Shown here: positions 13,903 through 28,330 of the stretch, one piece after another
Position numbering within the stretch: position 1 is the first letter of the stretch
Layout of the letters: each line of letters begins with the position of its first letter
Assembly: GCA_964016885.1 (NCBI GenBank)
Contig: OZ024743.1
Coordinates: 335,358,001-335,422,000 of the forward strand
Source of the DNA: Eledone cirrhosa
Taxonomy: Eukaryota
Direction: 5' to 3'
DNA length: 64,000 nt
Position numbers and translations under genes: made by a program
The notes under the pieces: generated by a model
Told to the model about the DNA's origin: nothing
What the model saw: the letters and a program-made list of their open reading frames with translations, nothing else
Database searches by the model: none

Positions 13903-16245
13903 ATGAAAGGATGACAAAAGAGAATATATACTGTCAGAACATGTTTATATAAAAGCACCTACGTACGTTTCGCCCGAAAAGGGCTTCTCAAGGGCATAGA
14001 AAACTACAGAGTGTTCAGTACAGGACGTGACACTGGAGTTGGGTACGGGCCTATACAAGCCATACCATAAGCCCGGTGAGATTCTATCATATATTAATTA
14101 TGAATCCAACCACCCTAAGTCTACTCTCAGCTCCATAGTATATAGCATATCCCATAGGATCTTGAGTCTCTCCGCCAACGGGGATATCTTCTACCAAGCG
14201 GTTGGCTACTACAATATAAAGCTTTGGTAGATGCCGGATTTAACCGAAGAATCTCCTACATCCTTAACGTTAACTCTAGAAACCACCCCTATCATAGGAC
14301 TAATGTTATAGTAAGCCATACCTATAACCGAGTACGCAGCGGTCAAAACAGAGTCAATAACTATAGTATAGAGAATCGCACTAGGAAACACGGCCGTAGC
14401 GTTAACTACACGAGTAGTGGTTTAGTAGACCTACCGCATAATAAGGGTCTCGGTACAGGCAACGTTAGCTGCTGTAGACTACTAGAATTATTCCCTTACT
14501 ATAAGATTAACAATAGCGATGGCCTATTACCTACACCCTCCAACCAGCGTTTAGCTACACGTAAACGTAACGGAAAGAAGTCGCGTGCACCCGAGCATTA
14601 AGCGAAGGGGACGCGTAATAGGCTGCAGCACAATAGCAACAATAATAACGGTTACCTAGCCAACACGACCCATAGCAAGCCCACAGCTACACATAAGCAC
14701 CACCGTAATGTCCTATGGTTCCATCCACCCTAATATTGGAGTGTGGCCTCCGACTTACCCAGGATATTCTTTGAAGCCTTAAAGAAGAACTTCCCACCCA
14801 ACCATAAATACAGGAAAATCCTCAATAAGAACAATATTAAAATATGCTTCTCCACTACTCCTAACTTAGCAGACATCATAGGGATAACTAATTACAGTAA
14901 ATCACCAAAACACGGCACCTTAGCACTGATATGTCTAGACTTGACAGCAACCCTATAGCCTTAACGTTTCCCTTGCAGCGCCCAATAGTATTTGCAGCAG
15001 CCCCAACAGAAGCAACCGACACAACTGTGGCGAGACTGGGGAACATGCTGGTGACCTGTACGGGTCACGCGGCAGCAACAGAAGGCGCTGCAGCGTGCGG
15101 AGCAATAATGGTACTACCCCGCACGCCATAGGATATAATAGTACTAACTACAGAGATAGAGGCGGTGGCGAGGATAATAACATAGGTAGCAATAGTAATA
15201 GCTTGACTTGGGGCACCAGGAGCGACCGCGACCGAAAATGCAACTGTCTGGACCGGGGAAGGTCCGCGCTTAGGGGAAGTTGCCTGACAGATAATGTTAT
15301 TTATAGGTGCAACATAACTAGCTATAAGCGTTAAATATTATATAGGGGCCACTTCTTGCCCGTTCAAAACTAGATTTCGAACACATCTCCACTCTTTTAG
15401 AAACAAGAAACTAAGGCACTCTACATCACTCGCCAATTACATCACAACATTAAAAGACTCCATCAGCTTCTCCACACACTGGGAAATTGTCAGCAGGGCA
15501 GCACCGTACAATTTCAAGAGGAAATGCAACCTCTGCCTCATGGAACTTCACCATATCATAAGAGCAGCCCTCGAGATCATCAACAGCAGAATCGGTGATA
15601 AACTGCAGACACAGGATACAGCAGTCTTTCTTCGGGTGGGAAGTGACAGAGACCTGAAAACCTTAAACTGCCCCCCCCCCCCCTGCACCAAACCATAACA
15701 CTCCGATGGGTAGGCTGCGCAAATAAACATCTGTACACATCTCAGACCCTGCCTGAATTGACAATAGTAAAATAGCACCCACAAATTAGTAATGGAAAAC
15801 CACCATCATGTGAACGGGTAATAAGCCCCTTTGGGGACAATTATTCAAACACCGGCCAGAGTTACTCCCCTTGTTCTGTGTCAATAACAACGTGTCTGTT
15901 TGAACTAAGAATAAACTTTGATGTATGTATCACTTTAAATCCCCTTCTGCGTCCTGTACTGAACACTCTAGTTTTCTATGCCCTTGAGAAGCCCTTTTCG
16001 GGCGAAACGTACGTAGGTGCTTTTATATAAACATGTTCTGACAGTATATATTCTCCTTTGTCATCCTTTCATTTGTAACCGCTCTGCTTATATTCTCGCC
16101 CACTAAATATTAACGCTTCCAATATTTAACCCTGTTGGTACAAGTATTGAGCCCAAACGCACAACCTTTTGGCAACTAACTATATGTATCGCTTATCCCT
16201 TTAAACCTGTTCTTCTCTCTCACGATACTTAAATATTCTTATTAT
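13903..16245 (+). mobile_element. 5'-truncated PLE with inverted pLTR; decayed RT thumb and GIY-YIG
   Basis: DVTLELGTGLYKPYHKP..YINYESNHP..ISHRILSLSAN; WFHPP; NKNNIKICFSTTPNL; CNC..DNVIYRC; CNLCLME. 13903-14027 is an inverted copy of 15949-16072. Confidence 0.9.
15980..16020 (+). ncRNA. Minimal hammerhead with U3-A8 core (family B); inverted copy 13955-13995
   Basis: gccc-TTGAGAA-gccc-ttttc-gggc-GAAA-cgtacg-TA-ggtgc. Confidence 0.8.
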
Positions 16246-16343
16246 ATACATGTGTGTATATATATATATATATATATACATGTGTATGTATATATATATA
16301 TATATATGTATGTGTATGTATATACACACATACATACACACAT

Positions 16344-16389
<46 letters not shown>

Positions 16390-16539
16390 TATTTTCCGTT
16401 GTGTTGTAATATAAATATTACACACAGTAGATTGACAGCTCACGTAGAGTTTGCTCGACGGTTCCAGTTGAAATTCCAAAAGTAATCCGGAGAAAAAAAA
16501 AATATATATATATATATATATGTGTGTGTATGTGTGTGT

Positions 16540-16657
<118 letters not shown>

Positions 16658-17949
16658 ATTAACTAAGGACAGTGGTTTTGACGTCAACATGTTTTTTTAA
16701 TTTCTTCTCATATCTCTTGTAGTTAGCTGATGCAACCATGTCGCCAACTCTATTTCATAATTCAGTTAACGAAGCCTTAGAACTATATTAGAGGATAAAT
16801 GAAAGACAGTCAGGTTCAAGTATCTTTCTTCCTAGTAGTGGCAAAGTATACAAGCTCTACGTCGTGTTGTGAGTTATCTAGTGAGTCCTGATGTAAATAT
16901 GTTTAGTCAGATGTTAATTACAATAGATAAGAGGAGTCGATCTTCGTAAAGGTATCTTAGCTAGTTAATTTTCTTTCCCTGTTAACTGTTACTATTGATT
17001 ATTGCAACAACTGTACTAATGTTCGGTCGATATGTATTTTAAACAACCAACAAACTCCAGCCAACCTAACTACTGAATCTGCTGTCTCACCAATAAAACA
17101 ATTTTTCATCCAACGATAAAAAAATATCTCTCTTTATACCTTACAAGTAATTGCATTAGTTCTATTGTGTTATTTTGCCATTTTCAATTATGTCTTATTT
17201 AGAAATTTCTAAAATAATTTTGTATAGTTGATATTTAAAATAGCATAAATAGAATTGTCCTTCTGCCTGCTTTATTTATTTCTCTATTTGTCTATTTATG
17301 GGCGTATTTTAGTCTGCATATATCATGAGAATAGCAGTAGCAGAACTAAAAGATCGGTGATTTGCATACTAAATGCTCCCCCTTGTATTCGTAGCCAACA
17401 GGCTTGATTCAAAAATAGAAATGTCCAAGCACTCTAAACAGTAATCGTTAATCAGATTCAAGTTAATGTTTTAGTTAGCAGAAGTACTTTAAAATCAATA
17501 AAAGTTCCATTACTTCAATTATTTAAGTGGGCGCAATAGAAAGAAAATCAAGGCCTTATTGATGTCATCAAGAGTACAATTGAGCTGAAGACCCATTCTA
17601 GAATACTTTGATTCTCAAAAGGTCAAGTTATCGTTATGATCGTCTAAGAACGATCTAGTTGACAAAATAAATATATATGGCAAATCTATTCTTGTACACG
17701 CTGAGGAACCCATAACGTACTATATGGACAGCAGCAACAGCAGAAGCAAAGTAGCAGATCAAATTCCTCCAAGTATTTAACTTCATCAATCTACATTCAG
17801 ATTTTTAATCACTTCTTCATGGCTGTCGAAATTTAGGAATAGATATATCCCGGAGTCGAGTAAATCTTTTATATCTTCCCAAGGAAACATGTTCGATTCG
17901 AATAGGAAATCATCTCACGGTTTATTCTTCATATTTCTTCGTTATTGTT

Positions 17950-18312
17950 TTTTTGTTTTTTTTGTCCAGTTATTCCTGCGAGGGTCGCGGGGGCAGAATC
18001 CTCAAACTCTCCTTCCAGCAAGTCCTATCAAAAGCAAGTGTCTCCAACTGATCCGGCTGGGTCCCCAAACGGGACCAGACAAGCTCATGGATGTTATCCG
18101 ACCATTATGATAGGGGTCTTGCTCGCAGTCTACCCCTGTGTTACTTGCCGGTTGGTTTTTGTCTGTCCAGCGATTCTTTCCTGAAACATTCTAACCACGT
18201 GCGCATAATATCGGAGATATGATCTCTCAATTCGGATAAGTAGCGGCTCCATCTTGAATGATTCTCCGATCTCCGAGCTATGAACTCTATCGTCTAATGT
18301 TAGTCCAAACAC
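17950..18312 (-). mobile_element. RTE-like LINE 3' fragment
   Basis: GLTLDDRVHSSEIGESFKMEPLLIRIERSYLRYYAHVVRMFQER resembles the RTE ORF2 C-terminal 'IERSQLRWFGHVVRM' region. Confidence 0.75.
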
Positions 18313-18358
18313 CCTTATTTATTCCATTTATATTTTATCTTTCTCTAATTGCATTATA

Positions 18359-18541
18359 GTGGATTGGCAGTATCAGTAGAGGGTCGGACGCAATGCTTTC
18401 TAGCATAGAGTTACGTCCTTTTACGGACTGAGTTCAAATCCCTCCAAGGTTAACTTTGCCTTTCATCCTTACGGGGTCTATAAAATAAAGTACCAGTAAT
18501 GTACTGGGTAATTGCTGGCTTCGTGCTAAAAGTAGAAACAA
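18359..18541 (+). mobile_element. tRNA-derived SINE
   Basis: Same A/B boxes and core as 2716-2899; followed by ATTATT. Confidence 0.9.
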
Positions 18542-18793
18542 TTATTGTTATTCCTTATCTAGATATCCATTATATCAGCTAGTCTTTACTATTTACATCT
18601 TTTCAATACAAGATTGTTGATTCATTGTTTCTGATGAAAACAGTGAGATGGACGAGTTACATAACTGCTGTCGATTCATCAATATATAATACTATCATTG
18701 TTTATTTTACCTTTCCAAACAATCATAAGGCATTGGACACATTACGGACGGAATATCATCGTTTTGTTTTCATTGATGAACCTGTATATATAC

Positions 18794-18954
<161 letters not shown>

Positions 18955-18976
18955 AGATTTGCTTCGAAGTCGCCAG

Positions 18977-19069
18977 ATGTATCTGAGGAGCTTGTGAATT
19001 CAGAGTCAGTTTCGATCCACAAATAGATCGTACCTCGAGCTGTTCACCGGAGAAACAATTGTAATACAT
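18977..19069 (+). ncRNA. Type I hammerhead, family I
   Basis: atgtat-CTGAGGA-...-GAAA-caattg-TA-atacat (6-bp stem I). Confidence 0.75.
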
Positions 19070-19111
19070 TAATACATTGCGTTTCGGTGCATCTCTGATT
19101 CTTTGTTTTCC

Positions 19112-19162
<51 letters not shown>

Positions 19163-19477
19163 GAATATATGATAGGGATAAGCCCTGATACAAGTGTACA
19201 TGTGTTTGCATTGCAAATGACCAAGTTAGCTAGATTGAAAAATACTAATTAAAATAATACGGTTTGCCTGTCTCCATTTAAAATAATAAATCAATAAAAA
19301 CAAACCTATATTGGCAATAGCCGTGATACCTGAACAAATTTAAAATTTTAAATTTTAAATTTGTTTCGCAACAATTAAGTGAAAGTTCCTATTCCTGTGC
19401 TCTTCTGCAGGTATCCAGAAATTGGTAAGTTTCACTTCAAAATACTTAAGAAGACTGAGAGAAATGTGTTGTTGAAC

Positions 19478-21247
19478 GCACATGTGTCGCAGCGCCTAAC
19501 ACTAGGCACTGCGACACATGTGCGTTAAAGGGGGAACTTTCATATGCAAACTATGCCTGAACGAGACCTTCGAGATACTAAGAGGTGGAAGCGGCCTGAT
19601 AACCTCAGGACCGACTTCTTCGAGACAAGCAGACACCTCAGGGCCGGCACCTTCCTCAATATATATGGACAGTAGCAACACAATAAGATGTGAACTCACC
19701 TCAAGCTATAGGGACTTCTCCAGCACATGTAGACACCTCTCGGCCAGACCTCCCTCAAGCTATATGGGCAGTACCAACACCATAGGTTGGAAACTCCCTC
19801 AAGCCATAGGGACCAACCCAGGTTGAGCAGACACCATGATAGCCTAGAGATTGATTCTGACACAGCCATTATAATTTGGCCAACCTCTTTATAACACACA
19901 CACATTTTAATTTACTTGATTTTCGATTTTTGATTATTGATTTCTCATTATTCATTTGTTATTTGTTTTCTGTTTTCTTCACTTCATCACCTTATATTTA
20001 TATTTAAGTTGAGATTGGTTATAACACACACACATTTTATTTGATTATCCTATTTCGTTTTATTCTTTTACCATATTGTTTCTCCTACCACTCTATCCAA
20101 CATATTTCTGACCTTGAGATTGGTTATAGCACACACACATTTTATCTTATTTTATTTGAATCTTCATTTTTATTTTTCACTTTTCATTTTCATTTTTCAT
20201 TTTCCATTTCATTTTTCATTATTTTTCATTACTATTTCATTAATTTTTCATTTATTCTCTATTTATTCTCTATTTATTATTTATTTTCTGTTTTCTTCAT
20301 TTTATTGCCATCTATTTCTCCATATACATGGCCAACCCCCCATCCACCACCACAGGAGATGGTGGCAGGAGGGATGGAGATACACACACACACAAATACT
20401 TCTAAATTGTCAGCAGCAGCAAGACATAAGCTGACCACAACACCAACAACACTACCAAAATAAGGGTAGAGGTCAAATGTACTTAACAATAGCAAACGCA
20501 AACACTACACGGAGCTCACCCCAGAAAGAATTTCTATAGACTTTGGACTGAGGAATGCTCTCAAAACTGACCAATGAGAAGTTTGACCTTACAACTCTTT
20601 ATAACATTGAGATGGGTATAACACACACACACATTTTATTCGATTATTTTATTTTATTTTGTTCCTTTACCATCTTATTCCTTCTACCACTTTATCACCT
20701 TTTTTTAGCTGACTCCAACAACAACACCACTACCAACATAAGAATAGAGGTCAGATGTACCTAACAATAACAAGAACAATAACTACAGATTGGCTTGCCT
20801 CAGAATGAATTTCTATAGACTTTTGACTGAGGAATGTTCTAACAACTGACCAATGAGAGGAGAAGAGGCCCTTTGACGCTGAAATTCGTTTGTTTAAATT
20901 CATATGTTTCCAGTTCCTCAGTCAAATAACAACCCAACCAGGAACTGGGCATATGAGAGTATTGACAAAGTTATACCCCTCAACAACATGTGTACTCGTC
21001 TCTACCACACTAATTCGGACTGCCTGAAGAGGTCACAGCCAAAGATGGCTGTCAACGAAATATATATAGCAGTAATAAACGAAGCTAAATTTTAAACATT
21101 TGACTTTTATTTTACTTTATTTTATATATATATATATTTTATTTTATTTTACATTACTCCGGAGTAACCAAACCAATCTGCGCACTTCGTCGAGTGCTCC
21201 AATCTGCATACTCAGGTGTTGGTATACAACCAACATATACTCAAAAT
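19478..21247 (+). mobile_element. PLE 3' remnant (endonuclease tail, long UTR with internal repeats, pLTR), family D
   Basis: CKLCLNETFEIL matches the PLE C-terminal CxLCxxE motif; small 5' hairpin at 19478-19525; hammerhead 21019-21073; terminus shared with 37080-37200. Confidence 0.7.
21019..21073 (+). ncRNA. Type I hammerhead, family D
   Basis: actgc-CTGAAGA-ggtcacagcc..ggctgtcaac-GAAA-tatata-TA-gcagt. Confidence 0.85.
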
Positions 21248-21274
21248 GTATGTATATATATATATATATATATT

Positions 21275-21393
<119 letters not shown>

Positions 21394-21552
21394 CAGTAAA
21401 GTATGTCCATAGAATCATTTGATAAAATATATACACCATTTCCTCTCCCAATCAGCATAATCAACCACACACAAAAAAATTAAACAAGGCTATAAGATTA
21501 AAAGACACACCTATGAAGAAATAATAGACAAATAAACAACAGCTATCTATTC

Positions 21553-21870
21553 GTAGAGGTCATGTGAATAAAATCTTTTGTGGTCAAAACAATTTTGATT
21601 GGTCGGTAGAGGTCATGTGAATAAAATCTTTATTCAATAAAATCTTTTATTCACATGACCTCTACCGACCAATCAAAATTCTTTTGACCACAAGAATTTT
21701 TGCAAACACCAAGTAGCGCTGGAGCCACTTTTTTAACATAAAAACAGTCTTGGCGCAAAATCAATTTTTAACATTCACATGACCCCTACCGACCAATCAA
21801 AATTGTTTTGACCACAAGAATTTGTGCAACACCAAAGTAAGGCTGGAGCCACGTTTTAAACATAAAAACA
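21553..21870. repeat. Mixed direct and inverted minisatellite
   Basis: GTAGAGGTCATGTGAATAAAATCTT twice, then inverted copies; a ~125-bp unit is repeated at 21647 and 21773. Confidence 0.75.
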
Positions 21871-22103
21871 GGTAAAATTCCCAAAACTAATCAGATCAGA
21901 GCAAACAACACCGACACTCTATCTCAAAATTATTTTCGAAAAACATTTAGAAATGCGCAACCGGTAAAGACTTAAAAACTTAAAACCACAACTGAATACT
22001 AACCCATACAATCACTAATACTCTTTTATCCCTAATTAAACCATTTTTCAACTGTGGACAATTTGTCAGCATTTTCTATTCCGTTTACCAATATATATAT
22101 ATC

Positions 22104-22262
<159 letters not shown>

Positions 22263-22297
22263 TTATATGTATATATATGTATACATATATATATAGG

Positions 22298-22335
<38 letters not shown>

Positions 22336-22447
22336 CATATATATTTATATGAATATATATATGTATACATATATATATATATGTGTATATATATATGTAT
22401 ATATATGTATACATATATATTTATATGTATATATATGTATACATATA

Positions 22448-23038
22448 TAGGAACGAGTAGGACCCCGACGACTGAGCTCAAGCCGTTTCGACGGCTAATT
22501 CTGGACATTTATATATATATGTATATATATATATTTGTATATATATGTATATATATATATATATATACGTATATATATATATATGTATATATATGTATAT
22601 ATATATATATGTATATATATGTATATATATGTGTATATATGTATATATATGTTTATATATGTATATATATGTATATATATGTTTATATATGTATATATAT
22701 ATACGTATATATAAGTATGTATATATATATGTATATATATATATATATATGTATATATAAGTATGTATATATATATATATATCTATATATATATATATAT
22801 ATAGTTAAAAGAATATATATATATATATATAGTAACAAGTAGGACCCCGACGGCTGAGCTCTAGCCGTTTCGACGGCTAATTCTGGACTAACTAATTTAG
22901 TCCAGAATTAGCCGTCGAAACGGCTTGAGCTCAGCCGTTGGGGTCCTATTCGTTCCTATTGCCCACTCTACTACCCTAAGTATTGAGTACTTTGGTGCGT
23001 TATGGTCCACCTGGTTCCTTACCACATTTCCTCCGTTA
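22448..23038. mobile_element. Family C pLTR end fragments, including fold-back 22829-22959
   Basis: GAAACGGCTTGAGCTCAGCCGT(C/T)GGGGT half-hammerhead on both strands; terminal extension matches 34788-34866. Confidence 0.8.
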
Positions 23039-23040
23039 TA

Positions 23041-23089
<49 letters not shown>

Positions 23090-23090
<1 letters not shown>

Positions 23091-24847
23091 TTTAATGGTG
23101 GCAGCCGTCTGCTCCCCACTCCAAGTAGCAAACTAAAAATCAACCCTAGAATAGGAATGAGAAATGGGATGACAAATAACAAATCCCTAGGTAATAATAA
23201 CCCTAGGAAGGCCCCTACCAACTCCACTAGAACCCCTAGAAGGAATAGACCTAGAAATATCACCTGGCTTAACCCCCCCCCCCCATTCTCATCTAATCTA
23301 GCCACTAATATCCCTAAACGCTTATTCTCTATCTATCCTATCTAAACACCCACACCCCTAACCATAGATATTACAAAAGCTTTAATAAAAATAACATTAA
23401 AATCTCATGCTCCACAACACATAACCTAGCTAGCCACATCGTATTCAGTAACCATTATAAACTAAGACACTATAACTGCCACAACGCGGTACCACCACCC
23501 CTATCAAATACACCATGCCACTACACCAATAATTACTCTAGTAGCACACCTCCCCCATCTTATCCTTCTAGCACAGACCAACCGCTTAGGTTAAACTACC
23601 CTACTCTCACTATCCGCAGAATCAACTGCAACTGCCGTTACCCTAATGCATGCCGATTAAATGGACACTGCCTGATACCCAACATAGTCTATAGGTGCAA
23701 GGTTAAAACTGCTTCTAATACCAGCTCTTATATCGGGTCTACCTCTAACCCTTTTAATGTACGCTATAACGCGCATCCTTTTTCCTTCCGAGACCCTAGC
23801 AACAGATGTTCGACATCTCTAGCTAGTCTCATTAAAAACCTTAAATTAAACAACATTGAACACTCACTAAAATGGGATATCGTAGCTAGGGCCCAACCGT
23901 TCAATTGACGAAGAAAATCTTGTTATCTCTGTATTACCGAAGCATATTACATAGCTCTATCACGACATCTATCGATTAACGATAGAACGGAGGTAACTAT
24001 TAGCTGTCAACATCGAAGGGCTAATTCCTTCGCCAATAGAATATTTGACCCAACATAGTCATCTAGCCTCATTTTTACTCGTAGCTAATAAGTTAAATAG
24101 CTATAACTAACTTAGATAATTATAAGTTACCTCCCCTACATTGTCTCGCAATTAAAAAAATTAAAAATTAGCAATTAACTATAAATTACCCACAATTTCT
24201 AATCTCTCGAGGAGTTACTTCCCCTGAAACCACCCTCTAATTAGTAAGATAAATATGTTCTTTGGCGGCCAACTTGTTACCCATAGGCAGATCTCACACA
24301 ATGCAGCCTCGACAGATGAATACTGCTTGATTATGGCTGACAATTGATACAACCAGGACACGATAGTGAAATACCAATATATGGAATATTACATTATGAA
24401 ACATTATCCCCTTATTTTAATTTATATTCCTTTGAAGTTCCGATGAGCCGCTCTGTTTTTACATATGTTAATTATTTTCAACTGAACCAGATCAATAATG
24501 TTATATAGTCAGCTGATCCAAATATTATATGGAGTAGCGAAACAATTGTAAACGGACATTATTATTATTAATATTATTATTATTATTCTCTACATTCCTT
24601 ACATCAAACTTAAATATGTTGACAATCTTTTAATAATGTCTTCCTTGTGAAATTTGTGGTCTTGTTTTGCTTAACTAATGAATATTTCCAGCTCTGCGCG
24701 CCTAATTCTGCATGAACCCAGCCACCTAGCTGCTTTCTACTGCATATTGCACATTGAGCGCATGCCTTTACGCTTTGGCTTCTAACTAATTCACCAATCT
24801 CTCCTTTCCTATCTTCATCTCTCTCTTTAAGATTGGTTACTCTTGAC

Positions 24848-24850
<3 letters not shown>
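23090..24850 (+). mobile_element. 5'-truncated PLE (GIY-YIG half plus pLTR), same family as 57620-61000
   Basis: RNITWLNPPP; CNC..CLIPNIVYRC; YIGSTSNPF; CYLCITE..INDRTEVTISCQHR; hammerhead 24437-24553 (gtt-CCGATGA..GAAA-caattg-TA-aac). Confidence 0.9.
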
Positions 24851-24906
<56 letters not shown>

Positions 24907-24992
24907 GGAAAATTTGAACAGGAACAAGACAGAGAGGCAGTACGAAGAATGTTTATTAATTTCACGCTCTGGAGAGTGGGGTGGTGGTGGGG

Positions 24993-25026
24993 AACGACGT
25001 TTCGGGCATAAGCCCTTCCTCAGGTG
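24993..25026 (-). ncRNA. Ultra-minimal hammerhead at the 3' end of the Neptune-like PLE
   Basis: cac-CTGAGGA-a-gggc-ttat-gccc-GAAAC-GTC-gtt; stem III reduced to the palindrome ACGT; stem I is weak. Confidence 0.65.
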
Positions 25027-27132
25027 AGAAGTGTGTGGGAACAGAGTTCAAAGGGTGTGTAGGGGAGTGGTTGAGAGACATATAGCGAAAAGGGGGTGGG
25101 AGGAAACGGTGCGAATGAAATTAAAAATAAAAATAAAAATAAAGCATGATCAAAATAAAATGAAATGAAATAAAAATAAATATAAAAGCCTGATCAAAAT
25201 AAACTGAAATTAAAAAGGGGTAAAACAGGTGGTGGAAGGGTGTGGGGTGTGTAGGTGTGGTGGCGGTTGGAGTGGGGAGAGGGAGACGGGGTGTCCGTGC
25301 GGGGAGGGCTGAAGGTGGTGTGTGTGTGTAGGTGTACGTGTGTGTGTGTGTGTGTGTATGTGAAAGCAAGTGTTGGGGGAAGAACGGGGTTGCATGTTCA
25401 GGAAGAGGTGTGTGTGGGGTGGGGTGTAGGTCGGAGTGTGTGTGCGTGTGTGGATAGAGGGGTGGGGGAGAGGAATCCGGAGGCTGAAGGTGTAAATATG
25501 TGGTGGAAAGCACGTGTGTGTGAGGTTTAAGCGTGTTGTGGGTTTAGGTGGCGTGTGGGAGAAAAAACATGTTTTGGGGTGTGTGTGTGGATGAGTTATA
25601 TAGGTGATTCCGTAAGAGGATGTGGTTGAAATGTTGGTAAACTCCTATGATGGTAGTAGATTCCACGGTGGTCAAGTTCCACATACGAGTATTCCATGAA
25701 GAGATGGTCGGAAGAGGAGAGATGTGGGGTGCGCGCGCAACAGGAAGTGGTCAAGGTGGTGGGAGTGCTGTGTGTCTGTTTGTGCTGGGAGGTGGTCAGA
25801 GGGCATAGCAGCAGTCGGGTGGAATGGTAAAGGGGCGAGGATGGGTAGGTGTGAAAGTTGGAGTGAGGCGGGTGTGTGTGTGTATTAGTAGAGGTGTTAG
25901 TGGGATGAGTGAGTGTGGAGAAATGGTGTGGGTGGAGCAGGGAGAGAAGGGTGTGGGGGTCGATGGAGGGAGTGTGGTGTACTGGTGTGTGTGTAGTTTG
26001 ATGAAGGGGGTGTTAGTGGGTGTTAGTATACGGGAGGTGGAGAAAGGGTTGAATGCAGGTGTGAGTGGGGGTTAGTGGTTGTAGCGTGTGTAGAGTTTGT
26101 GGTGTACGAGGGTGTGTGGGTACGTGTGCGTGGGGTTTGGGGTGTTAGTGATGTTAGTTGCGTGTGGGGTGGGTGGTGGAAGTGGGTGTGTGCTCGTGTG
26201 CTTAGGGTCAGGGGGTGTTAGTGATGTTAGTTGTGGGGTGGTGGGATGGAGGTGTGGGGGTGAGGGTTAGTGGTGGTAGTAGAGTGTGTGTTTAGTGTGG
26301 GCGCGTGTATATATGTGCCGGTGGGTGTGTGCGTGTGATAAGGCGGGGGGAGGAGAAGAAGGGAGGGATGTTAGTATGTTAGTTGGGGAAGGGTGGTCGG
26401 ATGAGGAGTGGAGTGGAGGTGTTAGTATTGTTAGTTGTGGGGTGGGCGGTGAAAAGGAGGGGTGTGTTAGTGGTGTTAGTGGGGGATATATGTGGGGGGA
26501 GGGGGCGGTTGAAGGCTAAAGGAATAAGGGTGGGGAGTTCAGGCCGGAGGGAGTGTGGGTCTGTAAGATGAAGATGGTTCTTTGTTCGACTCTGAGGAGA
26601 TTGGCGGGTGTTCCGTGGCATTGGAGTAGGCCACAGACTGTGAGATGGCGTGCGGAATGTCCAGGGGCACCAAAGTGGCGGGCGTTGGGGGAACTACCAC
26701 CGAGACAAATATCCCGGAGGTGCTCAGTGAATCGGTCCGCAATGCGACGTCCCGAATTCCGTAGACTAGGTTGAAGGCGGTGCAGCGGAAGGCATGCCGG
26801 ACAGACAGAGAGTGGCCGTTGGGAACCTGGAAGGTGGTGGTGTTGGTGATGTGGGGACAGGTGGTGCAACGGGGCCTAGAACAGGGAAAGGAACCGGGGG
26901 GGGGATAGCGTGGGTTGGGGGGTAGGGAGCTGTGGACGAGGAGGGTGCGGAGATTGCGTGCGCGTTTGAAGGAGGGGAGTGGTGGGGTTGGGAAGATGTG
27001 GGAGGTGGAGGGGTCGGACTGGAGGCGTCGGAAGAGGCGGCAGATGGTGCGGTGGAGGGCTGGTAGGTGATGGGGAAGGGGATACAGTGGGTGGGTGTGC
27101 GGTGGCGTGGGGTGAGGGTGGTGGAGCGGGGG

Positions 27133-28330
27133 TCAGCACGGGCGCGGGTGAGAGCGGTGTGGACGAGAGAGGGGGGGGGGGGGGGGGGGGTAACCTCTGC
27201 GGATGAAATGGCTGACTAGGGAAAGGGCCTGGGATTCGAAGACAGCATCTCGGCTACAGAAGCGGCGGATCTTGAGGAGTTGGGAGTAGGGAATAGAGTG
27301 TTTAGTGTGTGTGGGGTGGTAAGAGGTGAAGTCGAGGTAAGAGTGGGAGTCGGTGGGTTTGAAGAAGGCGGAGGTGACGAGGGAGTGGTGGGAGGGGTCG
27401 AAGGCGACGGAGATGTCTAAGAAGTGGACGTGGGTGGTGGAGATAGAGGTGGTGAAGTGGAGGGAGGGGTGGAAGGAGCAGAAGAAGGAGAGAAAGGAGT
27501 CGAGTTGTTCTCGGGTGAGGGTCGTGGCTCCGATACAGTCGTCAATGTAACCACCGTAGAGTTCGGGCGTGGGGCCGGTGTACTGGGCAAAGATTTGGGC
27601 CTCAACATGGCCAACAAAAAGGTTGGCATAGTTCGGGCCCATTCTTGTACCCATGGCTACCCCCGTGACCTGTTGGTAAAACTCACCCGAGAACGAGAAA
27701 CAATTGAGGGTGAGGACCAGCTCGGCGAGGCGAAGGTGGGTGGGGTGGAGAGAATGGGGGAGGGGCGAAGGTCGAGGTAGTGTTTGAGGGCGCGTAGGCC
27801 GTCGGCGTGGGGGATGACGGTATAGAGGGACTTGATGTCTAGGGTGAAGAGGAAGGGCTGTGGGCGGGTGGGTAGGTGAAGGAGTCGAAAAGGCGCAGGG
27901 CGTGGTTGGTGTCGGAGATGTGGGAGGGGAGGGTGGTGACAAGGGGGGCGAGGATGGAGTCGAGAAAGGCGGAGATGAGTTCGGTGGGGCAGTTGCAAGC
28001 GGAGACGATGGGGCGGCCGGGGTTGTCGGGTTTGTGGAGTTTGGGGAGGAAGTAGATGGTGGGGGTGCGGGGGGGGGGGGGGGGGGGTGGACGATGAGGT
28101 GGGAAGCGGTGGGAGGGGAGGAGGGAGGAGGAGACAAGGTGTTGGATGGTGGAGGAAACTTGTTGTTGGTGGAGGGGTGTGGGATCGGAGGGTAGAGGAC
28201 GGTAGAAGAGGGTGTTACAGAGCTGCCTGAGGGCTTCGCCGTGTAGAGGTCTGCGCGCCACACCACCACGGCGCCTCCCTTGTCAGCCGGTTTGATGACG
28301 ATGTCATCTCGGCTACGGAGGGAGCGGAGA
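27133..28330 (-). pseudogene. PLE reverse transcriptase, broken by frameshifts, some at poly-C runs
   Basis: RT motifs are split across ORFs 27839-28261, 27657-27998 and 27133-28269. Confidence 0.9.

Noticed and set aside
21930-21975. Family L-like hammerhead (TCGAAAA..GCAACCGGTA)
   Set aside because: Both core strands deviate; at best a dead relic, so not counted.
25900-26480. Interstitial telomere array
   Set aside because: Only scattered GTTAG(G/T) motifs, with no tandem (TTAGGG)n.
27133-28269. Proline-rich extensin-like protein in the first half of the 378-aa ORF
   Set aside because: Out-of-frame reading of C-rich PLE RT sequence; the true motifs lie in the overlapping frames.
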